From Octopus sinensis (lineage: Eukaryota): a stretch of 64,000 nucleotides of DNA. The stretch lies in NCBI RefSeq assembly GCF_006345805.1, contig NC_043014.1, positions 22,692,001 to 22,756,000 on the forward strand, in the 5' to 3' direction. Every line of letters starts with the position of its first letter. The first letter of the stretch is position 1. The notes under the pieces are model-generated. The model did no database searches. It was given only the letters and a program-made list of their open reading frames with translations, and had not been told where the DNA came from. Positions 1 to 12,316 of this stretch are shown one piece after another. Position numbers and translations under genes: made by a program.

Positions 1-62
1 TATATTTGGTGTTATTTTGCTTCAGTGATGTTTATTTTTTACATTAATCTTAATCTTATTTC

Positions 63-107
63 GGCCAAAGTTCTTTCGTCACACTCCTGTGACCGCATCA
101 GTGGTCC
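63..107 (-). ncRNA. Degenerate type I hammerhead ribozyme motif in the PLE-1 pLTR
   Basis: Minus strand: GGACCA-CUGAUGC-G-GUCACA(GGAG)UGUGAC-GAAAG-AA-CUU/UGGCC. Stem II is a perfect 6 bp; A9 is replaced by C and there is one extra nucleotide. Confidence 0.5.
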
Positions 108-592
108 TTTGTTTTCTTCTCACTTATTTGTGTCTCTCCTTACTAACCGTCAGCCATTTTGTATTTCTATTGTATGTCTTCATTTGCGCATGCTTATATC
201 TCTATGTGCATCTATGTTTATTCAGTGTGTGTGGGGGGGGATGCCTGTAATATTTGTATCTTCTGTTTATATACATTCTTGTAATTTGTATTTTGTTTTT
301 GTTGTTGTTGCTTTTGTTCTAATTTTGTTCATGTATTTACATCCACCCATTATTATCATTACATATGCTTGTATGTATGTATAACAACAATATTAGTAAT
401 AATAATAATAAATCTAATCGAAAAAAAAAAAATATATATATATATACATATATATACACACATATATACACATATACACATATATACATATATACACATA
501 TACATACATAGATATATATACATATATATAGTTATTCATTTCTATTTCTTTAATTATCTGTGTATTTATTATGTTTGCAGGATCCACTATCG

Positions 593-1648
593 TCATATGT
601 TGTGGTGTGTGCTATTGCTCCATTCTAGTTTTCTATTCAGGCTAGGTTTATTTTCTATTATATGTGTAGCTTCTGTAATTTGTCTAATTGTTGCATCTGT
701 TCTATGTGTGGACAATATCTTAATCTCTATGTTATTGATTGATCCCCCGTGTTCCTGTTCGGCATGTTGGTACAGAATCGATGAGCTCTTACCTTCCTTG
801 AGTTATCTCCAATGTTCATTCACCCGCTCTCCAATGCTTCTTGCTGTTTCCCCTACGTATGTTACTGTCTTGTTACTGCATCGTCCATCTATACATCTTA
901 TACTATAGACCACATTTCTGGCTTTACAGTTTGTTTGTGGGCTAAATCTACATACAGTGCAATAGTTATCCGTACAGAGGGTTCTACTAAAAGGATAGGT
1001 TCTACCAATTATAGATCTGATAGGGTTGCCTGGCTTTTCAACAACCTTAATTCTTAGTTTAAGTTTATCTAGGGTCCTTCTAAAGCGGTACGCCAGTTCA
1101 CCTCCAGGGGTGGTGTCGACGAACACGACACTCTGGTATTTATGGCTATCATACCAAGAGTTGGCCTTCCCTATTTTCTTTTTTGTCCTTTCTATAGTGT
1201 TCCATGACTTGTTCCTATAGAGTGGGCAAATCTCATTCCTATCATTACATAATATATTATCAAATTTCTTCATGGCTCCTTTGTATACTCTGATCCTTTC
1301 TTTATGGCTGTAACCTGAGAACTGCATGTGGTGAATGAAATACTGTATGTGTCTCTTTAATTCTGTAGGCTCGCACATGCGTGACACATTTCTCATTATT
1401 CTGACGAGGTCTGCCATCAAAATATTGAATTTGGCATTGCCCGCAATGGCTGAGTTCCGGTGGATCAGGTATTTTGCCATAGGTTTTGCATAGTATGAAT
1501 GAAGGATTTGGGTTTTATTTTTCACAATTTCTAGCCAGAGTTCAGTGTCTAGTACTGGTAGTCTATGGTTGGGGTGTTTAGTGGGGTAGTCTATTGTGAC
1601 CTTAATACTCTGGTGGATGGAGTTAGCTATTTGCTGGATGCTCTCCAT
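593..1648 (-). pseudogene. PLE RT C-terminus + Cys-rich linker + GIY-YIG endonuclease, with a premature stop
   Basis: RLPVLD, C-x4-C-x2-C linker, VVYSIRC...YVGETARSIGERVNEH. After the TAA at 803-805 the same frame continues LKEGKSSSILYQHAEQEH...RQITEATHIIENKPSLN to TGA at 593-595. Confidence 0.85.
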
Positions 1649-1867
1649 AGTATTAGTTTCTATTACTATATCAACATTACTCTCTTGTGGGGGTGCCTTT
1701 ACTACTATTTAAATGTGTGGCGGTCACAGGAGTGTGACGAAAGAACTTTGGCCGAAATAAGATTAAGATTAATGTAAAAAATAAATATCACTGAAGCAAA
1801 ATAACACCAAATATATAGTGCGTGTGTTTTTATTGGCTAAACTGGCAATATGACCATTCCGAAATAT

Positions 1868-1902
<35 letters not shown>

Positions 1903-1920
1903 GTATATATATGTATGTAT

Positions 1921-1984
1921 ATCATCATCATCATCATCATCATCGTTTAGCGTCCGTTTTCCATGCTAGCATGGGTTGGACCCA
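1921..1984 (-). mobile_element. Very short 3' stub of the RTE family with a (GAT)n tail
   Basis: Reverse complement of the terminal hairpin CCATGCTAGCATGG plus (GAT)n seen at 18680-18737 and 62120-62176. Confidence 0.8.
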
Positions 1985-2327
1985 TGTAATATATATATAT
2001 GTATATGTATATATATGTATATGTATATGTATATATATGTATATGTATATATATGTATATGTATATATATGTATATATATGATATATATATATATTATAT
2101 ATATATATGTATATATATATGTTTATTGTATATATATGTATATATATATATATGTATATATATATATGTATATATATGTATATGTATATATATGTATATA
2201 TATTATATATGTATATATATGTATATATATGTATATGTATATATATGTATATGTATATATATGTATATATATATGTATATATATATATATGTGTATATAT
2301 ATATGTGTATATATATATATATATGTG

Positions 2328-2376
<49 letters not shown>

Positions 2377-2522
2377 TAAATTAGAGATAAAACCACTATT
2401 AGGCAAATCATACAATGAAAAACTTAAGCCAATACATAAGATTAATTAATTATATTATTTAAATATATATCAAAATTATTAAAAAAGATAATTAACGTAA
2501 CACTACGATCGTTTCATATATG

Positions 2523-2610
<88 letters not shown>

Positions 2611-2687
2611 GTATATATATGTGTGTGTATATATATATGTATATATATGTGTGTGTATATATATATATATGTATATATATATGTGTA

Positions 2688-3735
2688 TATCATCATCATC
2701 ATCATCATCATCATCGTTTAACGTCCGTTTTCCGCGCTAGCACGGGTTGGACGGTTTCGACCGGGGTCTGGGGAGCTCGGGACTGCCCCAGGCTCCAGTC
2801 TAGTCTGGCAGTGTTTCTACAGCTGGATGCCCTTCCTAACGCCAACCACTCCACGAGTGTAGTGGGTGTTTTTTACGTGCCACCTGCACAGGTGCCAGAG
2901 GGGTCTGGCATCGGCCACGTTCGGATGGTGCTTTTTTTTTATGGCGGGGTGCAGAAATATAGGGGAGCACCAGCGGGAGGGGTGGTTCAGAGGACAGGTA
3001 CTAGGCAAGTAGAACGTAGGATATCGAGAGAGGGGTAATGCATGGTGAAATAGCGTATTGAAGAGGGGGGTTCAAAGAGTAGACACCTATAATGGTGGTG
3101 GGGGGGTGCAGAAATATAGGGGAGCACCAGTGGGAGGGGTGGTTCAGAGGACAGGTTCTAGGCAAGTAGAACGTAGGATATCGAGAGAGGGGTAATGCAT
3201 GGTGAAATAGCGTATTGAAGAGGGGGGTTCAAAGAGTAGACACCTATAATGGTGGGGGGGTGCAGAAATATAGGGGAGCACCAATGGGAGGGGTGGTTCA
3301 GAGGACAGGTTCTAGGCAAGTAGAACGTAGGATATCGAGAGAGGGGTAATGCATGGTGAAATAGCGTATTGAAGAGGGGGGTTCAAAGAGTAGACACCTA
3401 TAATGGTGGTGGGAGAAACGACATCCGGTATAGTTGGAGCAAAATAGAGATATCCGGTATTGGTGGTGGGGGTGGGTAGGGCGGGCAATTTCTAATCAGC
3501 CCTGTAAGGGAGATAGATCTTAAATATCTATAACGATAACTAGTGAATTATACAGAATATGCAAAAACGAGGCGAGGCTGAAATAGTAAACAGAGTGGCG
3601 ACTAGGGGGATCGGAATAATAATAATTAATAAATAATAATAATAAATAGAGATACGGATGAATTAAAGTTCAAAGATTTCTTATCTTGGGATCACTTCGT
3701 TTACGGACAGACTTGGCAAAAGGAATTCGGAATCA
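2688..3735 (-). mobile_element. Non-coding bipartite element: putative RTE 5'UTR-like head joined to the RTE 3' tail
   Basis: 2688-2940 is the RTE 3' tail. The 2940-3735 reverse complement shares blocks (CCCACCACCAATACC, ATATCCTACGTT, TGCTCCCCTATATT) with 24000-24430. Confidence 0.55.
2941..3410. repeat. Tandem repeat, 3 copies of about 155 bp
   Basis: GCAGAAATATAGGGGAGCAC recurs at 2951, 3108 and 3262 with near-identical intervening sequence. Confidence 0.95.
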
Positions 3736-4305
3736 TATATATATATATGTATATATATATATGTGTATATATATATATGTATATATATATGTATAATAGT
3801 ATTGTGATGGGTGGTCACTCTGCATCTGTCCATCGCTGCAGGTTTATAGCTTTATGTTTATAGAGTGTATGTGCGTGCATATACACACACATATATACAT
3901 ACATACATGCATACATGCATGCATGCATACACAGGCGTATGTACGTACATGCATACGTACATACATACACACATGTATGCATGCATGCACACATGCATAC
4001 GTACATATATATGACGAACTGGCTGTTGCTTTCTCAGATGCAGCACAGATTTTTGTCAGTGAACAGGTCGCGGATTTTAGCATCGAAAATATTTTGACAA
4101 ATTAAACTTAAATGTTGAAGTGAATCGAACGGCTTTTGTGTGTTTCTTAAATGGCTTATAAACACCTTCCACGCTGCAATTGTTTTCGTTTCAGCACACG
4201 ATCTCAGATCAAATTACTTGCTATGCGAGTACATCTCCGTAATATATATATGTATATATATATAATATATATTATGTATATATATATATGTATATATGTA
4301 ATATA

Positions 4306-4454
<149 letters not shown>

Positions 4455-4467
4455 GTATATATATATG

Positions 4468-4498
<31 letters not shown>

Positions 4499-4502
4499 TA
4501 CA

Positions 4503-4533
<31 letters not shown>

Positions 4534-5757
4534 CTGCGTGTTCTGAAAGCCTCTGAAAATTTGCTGCCTAGTACCAAATCGCTTAAGAAAATATAGAAAG
4601 TATCGTTAAATTTTTTGTATCTACGAAATCGGAACTCTATTTCCTTTTGTTTACAAAATACGATTGAGGAATATCAAAGGTCTATCTTATCTATCTATCT
4701 TCCTTTCTTATAAAAAGGAATCACGTAAGTATTCTCTCTCTCAGCCGGTAAGGTAAGGAAAAATATTTATTATCATTAGTGTTTTTTCAACCAGAAGATA
4801 ATAATTAAAAAAGATATAAAAGATATAAAAATACGCGCTATTCTATCATTATATTTTGTCCTCCGTATTTGCCACACACTCTCTCTCTCTCTTTCTTACA
4901 TTTCTATTTCTATCTCCTTCATTTCTTACATTTTTATACCTTATCTGTCTCTCCATCCACCAGACCCTCTATTTCCGCTCTCACTCTCCCCTCCTCACTC
5001 CCTCTCCCTCTGCTATCGTTTCTCTTTCTGCATCTCTCTCAGATCAACTTTCTCACATCTCACCCCCCCTCTCAGTTCCTCAACTTCACCCATTCTCTCT
5101 TGTATCTATATACTGCCCTCTTTCTCTCTCTCTCTCTCTGTTACTCCCCTCCCTCTCTCTGCCTCTTTCCTCTCCACTCCTTCACAGGTCAAACCCCTTT
5201 TCCTCTTCCCCTTCTGTCCCCTTATTTCTTTCTCTACACCACCCACCCTGTCCCTTTACTACACTCTCTAGCACCTCTGTTGCGCCCCCTCTTTCCCCCC
5301 CCCCTTTTTTCTTCCTACCTTTCCTCTCCCTGCTCCCTCTAAGGCTCACCCCCCCTTGTCTCTTTTTTCCTCTTTCTGTCTCCTTCCTCCACACCACCCT
5401 CTCTGTCCCTTTACTTCACTCCATGGTACCTGCCCTCTCTCTCTCTCCCTCTCCATTTTATCTCTCCGCTTTTCTTCTCCCTGCTCCCCCTAGGGTCCAC
5501 CCTCTTATCTCTCTTTTCCACCCTGTCCCTTTACTTTCTTTCTACTACACCTCTATCCCGCTCACTCTCCCCCTGCTGACCTGCCATTCTTTCTCTTTTT
5601 TCCCTCTTTGTTTTCTCTTTTTCTCTCTTCTCTCAGGACAATCCCCTCGTCTCTCTCTTTATCCCCCCTGGCTTTTCTCCTTTCTCTTCTCCCTCTCCGG
5701 TCAACCATCTTATCTTTCCTTCTCTCTCTCTCTGTTCCTATATTTCACTAGACGAAA

Positions 5758-6666
5758 ATGGCAAGAAACTGGTCTGCGAGAGAGGTGCAATTGTTCGTCC
5801 GCGCTTGGAGGATTGCTGAGGACGACTCGCCAAACAATATCATTGCAGTGGCGCTGAAAAGCAACAATTTTTCAAGAACCACCGCCCAGATAGAGCGAAA
5901 GAAACGAGAATTTATCCGTTCATATGCTCTAATCAGGCAACATGTAGACACCCTGGACATCATCCTAGGAGGTGACGGCACCAGGGAAGGCCAAAAGGAT
6001 GAAGAAAACATTGAGAACCAAACGAAAAACAAAATGGAGAAACCTAGAACACAGGGAAACAATGATACATGTCCAGCTCCCAACACCACAACTGAAGACC
6101 AAAGAGGGGCGATGGCCGCAAGAAAAGAAAAGCACCCTAAAATTGATGGGAAACAGGAGGTAAAAGGCGACAAAATCAAAGCTAAAAGAAACCCTGTCCA
6201 GAGAAAACAAAAGGACCCCAGCAAGAACTATAAGGGCAAAGAAAGAAACATCTGCAAATTCTACCTGAAGGGGGACTGCTGGTACGGTGTCGAAGGTGCG
6301 AACTGTCGCTTTGCACATCAGAGGCTCTACCAAAGCCGCACGGACGCGAGACAGGGGTCCCTCCCTTGGGGAGAACAAAAAGAAAAAGTTAAAAGAAGGG
6401 AAAAAAGCGCACTGACCACTCCTGAAAGACGATATGCAGATGTGGTGCGCGGTAACCCAACAAATGGCCAGCTTCACCCAAATGTGAGAAGGGTAGCAGC
6501 TGAACAGCAATCTTTTTTGTGCATGGCACAAAAAATTGTTCAGCAGCTGACCTGGCTACAAGCACAAAGCTGGAACTACCACCACATAAGGCCACCTCCA
6601 ACAGATGCAGGATGGCCACCACAGACACCAACACCAACACACACACCACAAAAATATTTCTACTGA
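5758..6666 (+). CDS. LINE ORF1, 302 aa: N-terminal Myb/SANT(trihelix)-like domain and a CCCH zinc finger
   Basis: Open frame with aaaATGg context; WSAREVQLFVRAW...IAVAL...RTTAQIERK...Y; CKFYLKGDCWYGVEGANCRFAH (C-x7-C-x8-C-x3-H); overlaps the ORF2 ATG at 6612. Confidence 0.75.
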   Translation: MARNWSAREVQLFVRAWRIAEDDSPNNIIAVALKSNNFSRTTAQIERKKREFIRSYALIRQHVDTLDIILGGDGTREGQKDEENIENQTKNKMEKPRTQGNNDTCPAPNTTTEDQRGAMAARKEKHPKIDGKQEVKGDKIKAKRNPVQRKQKDPSKNYKGKERNICKFYLKGDCWYGVEGANCRFAHQRLYQSRTDARQGSLPWGEQKEKVKRREKSALTTPERRYADVVRGNPTNGQLHPNVRRVAAEQQSFLCMAQKIVQQLTWLQAQSWNYHHIRPPPTDAGWPPQTPTPTHTPQKYFY

Positions 6667-7152
6667 ATGTAGGGATCTGCTGCGCGGAAACTGTAAAAGG
6701 AAAATCTCATTCCTGAGAGACCTTGTGGCATGCAATCAAGCTATATGCATGGCACTCACAGAAACGCATCTTGAACCCGATATAGGTGATGCAGAAATAC
6801 ACATGCCGCAATATGCAGTCATACGCACAGATAGAAAAGGGAGGAGCCATGGTGGAGTTGCAATGTACATCCGAGATGACCTCACGCCCCAGGTCCTGCT
6901 GTCATATTCAAACTCAGTATGTGAAACTCAAATTGTACACATAAGACAACTGAATATCGTCATATGCACTACATATCGCCCACCAGATGCCCCAAAACAC
7001 TCAGGCATGTTTGAAGATTGCCTAACAAAAATAGAAGTCCTCACCAGCCTTGAACAACACAACAGTGTATTCTTCATGGGTGACTTTAACCTCCCCAATG
7101 TGGAATGTCCTGGGGGGCAGATGCTCCCAGGGATGACACACTATCAGCAGAC
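6612..7152 (+). pseudogene. CR1 ORF2 AP-endonuclease N-terminus, frameshifted and truncated
   Basis: FLLNV, LTETHL, GGVAMYI, YRPP, MGDFNLP motifs. Confidence 0.9.
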
Positions 7153-7172
7153 ACATTTTTAAGGATTTAAGG

Positions 7173-7197
<25 letters not shown>

Positions 7198-7203
<6 letters not shown>

Positions 7204-7895
7204 AAAAGCACCATCCGAACGTGACCGATGCCAACCCTGCCTCGAATGGCTTCTGTGCCGGTGGCACATAAAAAGCAACAACCCTGCCTCGAATGGCTTC
7301 TGTGCCGGTGGCACATAAAAAGCAACGCCCGAACGTGGCCAATGCCAGCACCGCCCCGACTGGCTTAAAAAGCACCAACTGATCGTGGGATCCCGGAACA
7401 TCTCGCTGTGCGCTGTGCTTGAGGAGACCTGTTGAGTCAAGTGCATGTACATGAACATCGAACCAAATATCAATGGAAACAGTAGTAGCTGTGACACCTG
7501 TGACGGTGACACATAAAAAGCACCATCTGAACGTGGCCGTCGCCAGTGCAGCCTCCACTGGCTTCTGTGCCGGTGGCACATAAAAGGCACCATTCAAACG
7601 TGACCGATGCCAACCCCGCCTCGAATGGGTTCTGTGCCGGTAGCACAAAAAAAAAAAAAAAAAAAAAGCACCTACTGATCGTGGCCGATGCCAGACCCCT
7701 CTGGCACCTGTGCAGGTGGCACATAAAAAGCACCCACTACACTCGCGGAGTGGTTGGCGTTAGGAAGGGCATCCAGCAGTAGAAACACTGCCAGATCAGA
7801 CTGGAGCCTGGGGCAGCCCCTGGCTCCCCAGACCCCGGTCAAACCGTCCAACCCGTGCTAGCGCGGAAAACGGACGTTAAACGATGATGATGATA
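7198..7895 (+). mobile_element. 3'UTR fragment of an RTE subfamily with internal GGTGGCACATAAAAAGCACC repeats and a (GAT)n tail
   Basis: Same modules and terminal hairpin as the 3'UTRs at 17300-18737 and 61640-62176. Confidence 0.85.
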
Positions 7896-7896
7896 T

Positions 7897-10800
7897 CCTT
7901 AAATCCTTAAAATCCTTAAAAATGTTTTAGCCCGAAGGCCACGGCTGGGGAACCACTGCTGAATGAGCTACACTAATTTGTGAATCCACCTCTGATATGT
8001 GGCACTTGATCAACAAGGGAGTTCGATGCTGCTGCCCGCATCCGCGTCTCCTGTCGTGAGGTAGGCTCATCTGGGACTCCCAACAAGAAGAGATCCAGTT
8101 TAGTTTTAAAGAAACCCACATCCACACCATGTAAGTCTCTCAGGCATTTAGGGAGGATGTTAAAGAGCTGTGGTCCTCTGAAACCCAAGCTGTTGCAGTA
8201 TCTGGACCTGTATTTTGATGGTGATGTTGGAATCCTTGGCACCATGCAGTGGCGCCCTGTTCTGCGGTTGGAGTAACTTTGAATGCCAAAGTTTGGGACA
8301 AGACCCTCCAGGATTTTCCAGATGTATATCACCGCATATCTCTCTCGCCTCCGCTCTAGGGAGAAGAAGTTTAATACCTTCAGTCTTTCCCAGTAGCTGA
8401 TATTTTGCATTGAGACGATTTTCTTTGTGTAGCTTCTCTGAATTGCTTCGAGTTCTGCTGTTAGCTTTATATTGTGTGGTGACCAAAGTTGGGAGCAGTA
8501 GTCCAAGCAGCTGAGGACGAATGTTTTCCATAGGACCATCAGTGTCTCCTTCTCTCTTGTTCTGAAAGTTCGGAGAATCCATCCAGCTAGCCGTCTGCAT
8601 TTTATCACCAGATTAGCAATATGCATTTGGAAAGATGCATCATTGCTCATGTCAATGCCCAGGTCACGCACTGATTTTGACTCAGGGATTGCAATTCTTC
8701 CTGGGCCAGTGTATCCAGTCTTCACGTCATTTACCTTTGTGTGCCAGTAGCGCAGGGCCTGGAACCTACCTGCATTAAACTGCATGTTGATGTCCTCAGC
8801 CCACCTGTATATTGTGTCCAGCTCATATTGCAGATGCGCAATATTTTCAGGGTTTTGTATTGCGTGGGAGACTTTTGTGTCATCTGCATAGCTAGCAAGG
8901 GTGGTCATCGTAGCAACTGAAGGCATGTCTGAAAGGGCCACTATGAACATCAGTGGCCCCAAGACAGTGCCCTGTGGGACACCGCTTGTTATTTGCGTTT
9001 CCTTGGAGGTGGCTCCATTGCTCACAACTGCCTGTTTTCTGTCTTTTAGAAGTTGTGCAGCCACTCTCCAAGTTTCCCGCCTATGCCGAGACCACGCAGT
9101 TTCTGACAGATCATACCATGGTCGACTTTATCAAAGGCTTTTGCAAAGTCGAGATATATTACATCCACATTTGAGCCATTTAGTAGCTGTTTCAACACTC
9201 AGTCATAGTGTTGCAGGAGCTGAGTTAGGCAGCCTCTACCTGGTCGAAATCCATGCTGGGTGTCAGACAGCAAGTCATTTTCTTCAAGGAACATGATTAG
9301 TTTCTTACGGACTATTTGTTCCATGACTTTGCTGATGTGTGAGATCAGAGAGATAGGCCTATAATTTTTAGCATCTGCTCTGCTACCTCCCTTATGGATA
9401 GGGCATATTACCCCCTCTTTCAATTTGACTGGGAGCTTACCACTTGCAAGAAAGCTCTGAAAAAGAAGCTGTAGTGGTTTTGCAAGGGCTCGTTTGCATG
9501 ATTTGAGAAGGATCGCTGGGAATCCATCAGGTCCAGCAGCTGAGTTTGTGTCAATCTCATCAATGACTAGTGTGATATCATCATTTCGATGTTGATGTAC
9601 TCAATTTTTGTCTCTTTGGCCGCAGGTAAAGTGGCAAAGAATTCTTCTGGGTTGTTTACTTGCCTGTGTTCTAGAGGTGTAGTGAACACACTTTGGAACT
9701 GTTCGTTCAGTATTTCACTTATCCTCGTGGGATTTCCTGTGAGAGAGCCATCTTTTTGGAAGAGAGGTCCTATTCTCTGGTGCACTGTGGCTGTCTCTTT
9801 GGCAAACTTAAAGAAAGCTTTAGGGTTTGATTTTATATTTTCTATTACCCAAGCTTCTTTATCTGCTCTCTCCTTTTCATGGGACTGATGTAGACTTTTC
9901 TCAGTTTCCATTAGCATTCTTTCGAGCCGAGACTTCTCACCACTTTTGGTGTGCTTGCTCAGGTGGTTTGCAATTCTTCTCCGTCATCTCATAAGAATCC
10001 TCCTTTCTCTAGGGATCCTGTTTTTGTTCTTGTGTGTGCTGGCCCTGCACACTGGGACATATTTGTCACATATGGCTTGTATTATGGACATGAAGTGTTT
10101 GTGTTTCATGTTTATGTCCGGTGTGGAGAGACATTCAGGCCAATCCTGTTTGAGGATCTCTTTCTCAATCAACTTCCAGTTGGCTTTATGAAAGTTTAAG
10201 TTGGAGAGATGGTGGGTGCTTCGTATAGGCTGTGTGTCTACGGGGGCTTTTGTTCCATACATAGACAGCTCTATTATGTTGTGATCCGAGATCATTGTCG
10301 GCATCACATTAACATTATGGATAATATCCATATTGTTTGTGAAGCAGAGATCCAGTATATTATCTGCCCTTGTTGGTTGCAGAACTATTTGCTCCATGAA
10401 AGAGGCATTTGTGAGATGGAGCAGGGACTCCACCTGTGCCTGCTGATGGTGTGTCATCCCTGGGAGCATCTGCCCCCCAGGCCATTCCACATTGGGGAGG
10501 TTAAAGTCACCCAAGAAAAATACACTGTTGTGCTGTTCAAGGTTGGTGAGGACTTCTCCTATTTTTGTTAGGCAGTCTTCAAACATGCCTGAGTGTTTTG
10601 GGGCATCTGGTGGGCGATATGTAGTGCATATGACGATATTCAGTTGTCTTATGTGTACAATTTGAGTTTCACATACTGAGTTTGAATATGACAGCAGGAC
10701 CTGGGGCGTGAGGTCATCTCGGATGTACATTGCAACTCCACCATGGCTCCTCCCTTTTCTCTCTGTGCATATGACTGCATATTGCGGCATGTGTATTTCT

Positions 10801-11008
10801 GCATCACCTATATCGGGTTCAAGATGCGTTTCTGTGAGTGCCATGCATATAGCTTGATTGCATGTCGCAAGGTCTCTCAGGAATGAAATATTCTTTTTAC
10901 AGTTTCCGCGCAGCAGCCCTCCTACATTCAGTAGAAATATTTTTGTGGTGTGTGTGTTGGTGTTGGTGTCTGTGGTGGCCATCCTGCATCTGTTGGAGGT
11001 GGCCTTTA
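7897..11008 (-). mobile_element. CR1-like LINE family 1, copy b: complete but frameshifted ORF2 (APE+RT), short 3'UTR and (TTTAAGGA)n tail
   Basis: ORFs at 9984-10982 (APE), 9567-9917, 9199-9423 (NYRPISL, QHGFR) and 7973-9064 (GVPQGTVLGP, YADD, SVRDLG, LDYCSQLW); octamer tail at 7897-7925. Confidence 0.92.
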
Positions 11009-11019
11009 TATAGGTGGCC

Positions 11020-11050
<31 letters not shown>

Positions 11051-11208
11051 GTATATATATACATATATATACATATATATATACATATATATATATATAT
11101 ACATATATATACATATATATATATATACATATATATACATATATATATATACATATATATATATACATATATATATATATACATATATATATACATATAT
11201 ATAAATAC

Positions 11209-11242
<34 letters not shown>

Positions 11243-11327
11243 TATATACATATATATACATATATATATATCATATATATATATACATATTATATATACA
11301 TATATATATATACATATATATATATAC

Positions 11328-11364
<37 letters not shown>

Positions 11365-11405
11365 CATAATATATATATATATACATATATATATATACAT
11401 GTAGC

Positions 11406-11447
11406 GCTACATTGACAAGGGGCAATACCCCGAAACGCGTCAGTAGC
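11406..11447 (+). ncRNA. Minimal type I HHR with U3:A8 core variant (second copy at 12339-12380)
   Basis: GCUAC-A-UUGACAA-GGGG(CAAUA)CCCC-GAAAC-GC-GUC/A-GUAGC; palindromic helix III ACGCGU. Confidence 0.7.
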
Positions 11448-11894
11448 TGTCGGACTGGCAGTGTGAAGCGGCTGACCTCCCTTGTTCGAAGGTTATAATG
11501 GATACAGATCGTGTATCAATAGCTATCTTAAGGCGGTGGCCTCATGGAGCTGACCAGCGGCAGCGATTATTCTTATATCTATAAGAATGCCATATTAATA
11601 TGGCGATAACAATTAATATATATATATGTATATATATATATGTATATATATATGTATATATTATATATATATGTATATATATATATGTATATATATATGT
11701 ATATATATATATATATATAATATGTATATATATATGTATATATATATATGTACATATATATATATGTATATATATATATATGTATATATATATATAACGG
11801 GAAGCTTTATGAAAATAGACAAAAGACGAAGGCAGGTGGAAAACAAACAAACAATTGTATTAGTATGGTGCTCAGGAAATATAAATAAAACAAG

Positions 11895-11932
11895 TCTTTA
11901 ACGTTTCGAGCCTACGCTCTTCAACAGAAAGA
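11895..11932 (-). ncRNA. Minimal type I HHR variant of the PLE-2 pLTR (copies also at 12832-12869 and 26258-26295)
   Basis: UCUUU-CUGUUGA-A-GAGC(GUAG)GCUC-GAAAC-GUU/AAAGA; 5-bp stem I; helix III can only form as an ACGU dimer; A6U core change. Confidence 0.6.
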
Positions 11933-12284
11933 TACACAGACAGAAAAAAACACAGAAAGAAGGAGAGAAAAAAAATGCGTGCAGTAACTAACGAACCAAC
12001 ATGGCGATCAGATTTCAGCCAGAAGTCAAAGATCAAACATGAGACGCGAGAGCGAAATTAGGGAAGATAATATATGAGAAAATAAAAATACAACAGATAT
12101 ATATATATATATATATGTAGATATATATGTATATATTATATATATATATATATATGTATATATATGTATATATATATATATATGTAGATATATATACATA
12201 TATATATACATATATATATATACATATATATATTATACATATATATATATACATATATTATATACATATATATATATATACATC

Positions 12285-12316
<32 letters not shown>

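Larger units (their letters stand above)
1..1815 (-). mobile_element. 5'-truncated Penelope-like element (PLE-1) with 3' pLTR and an inverted partial pLTR copy at its 5' end
   Basis: Minus-strand ORF with PLE RT-thumb and GIY-YIG motifs; 1720-1815 is the reverse complement of 1-96 with one mismatch seen; HHR-like motif in the pLTR. The element runs off the window's left edge. Confidence 0.85.
4860..7173 (+). mobile_element. CR1-like LINE family 1, copy a: CT-rich leader, ORF1, start of ORF2, then joined directly to the 3' tail (internal deletion)
   Basis: 6580-7152 matches the reverse complement of 10430-11008; ACATTTTTAAGGATTTAAGGAT follows, identical to the tail of copy b. The 5' boundary is uncertain. 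Confidence 0.8.

Noticed and set aside
2501-2515. Minus-strand GAAAC-GAUC-GUA/GUG, the 3' half of an HHR
   Set aside because: The 5' core is replaced by (TA)n, so it cannot be called a ribozyme; probably a truncated pLTR
4010-4232. Complex-sequence island between microsatellites
   Set aside because: Probably a repeat fragment, but I found no second copy, TIR or RNA motif in the window to support a call
4856-5857. 333-aa S/L/P/F-rich ORF
   Set aside because: Low-complexity CT tract upstream of LINE ORF1; open by composition
6580-11008. Twin-priming explanation for the inverted CR1 pair
   Set aside because: The geometry is tail-to-tail and both copies have their own tail, which is not the twin-priming pattern
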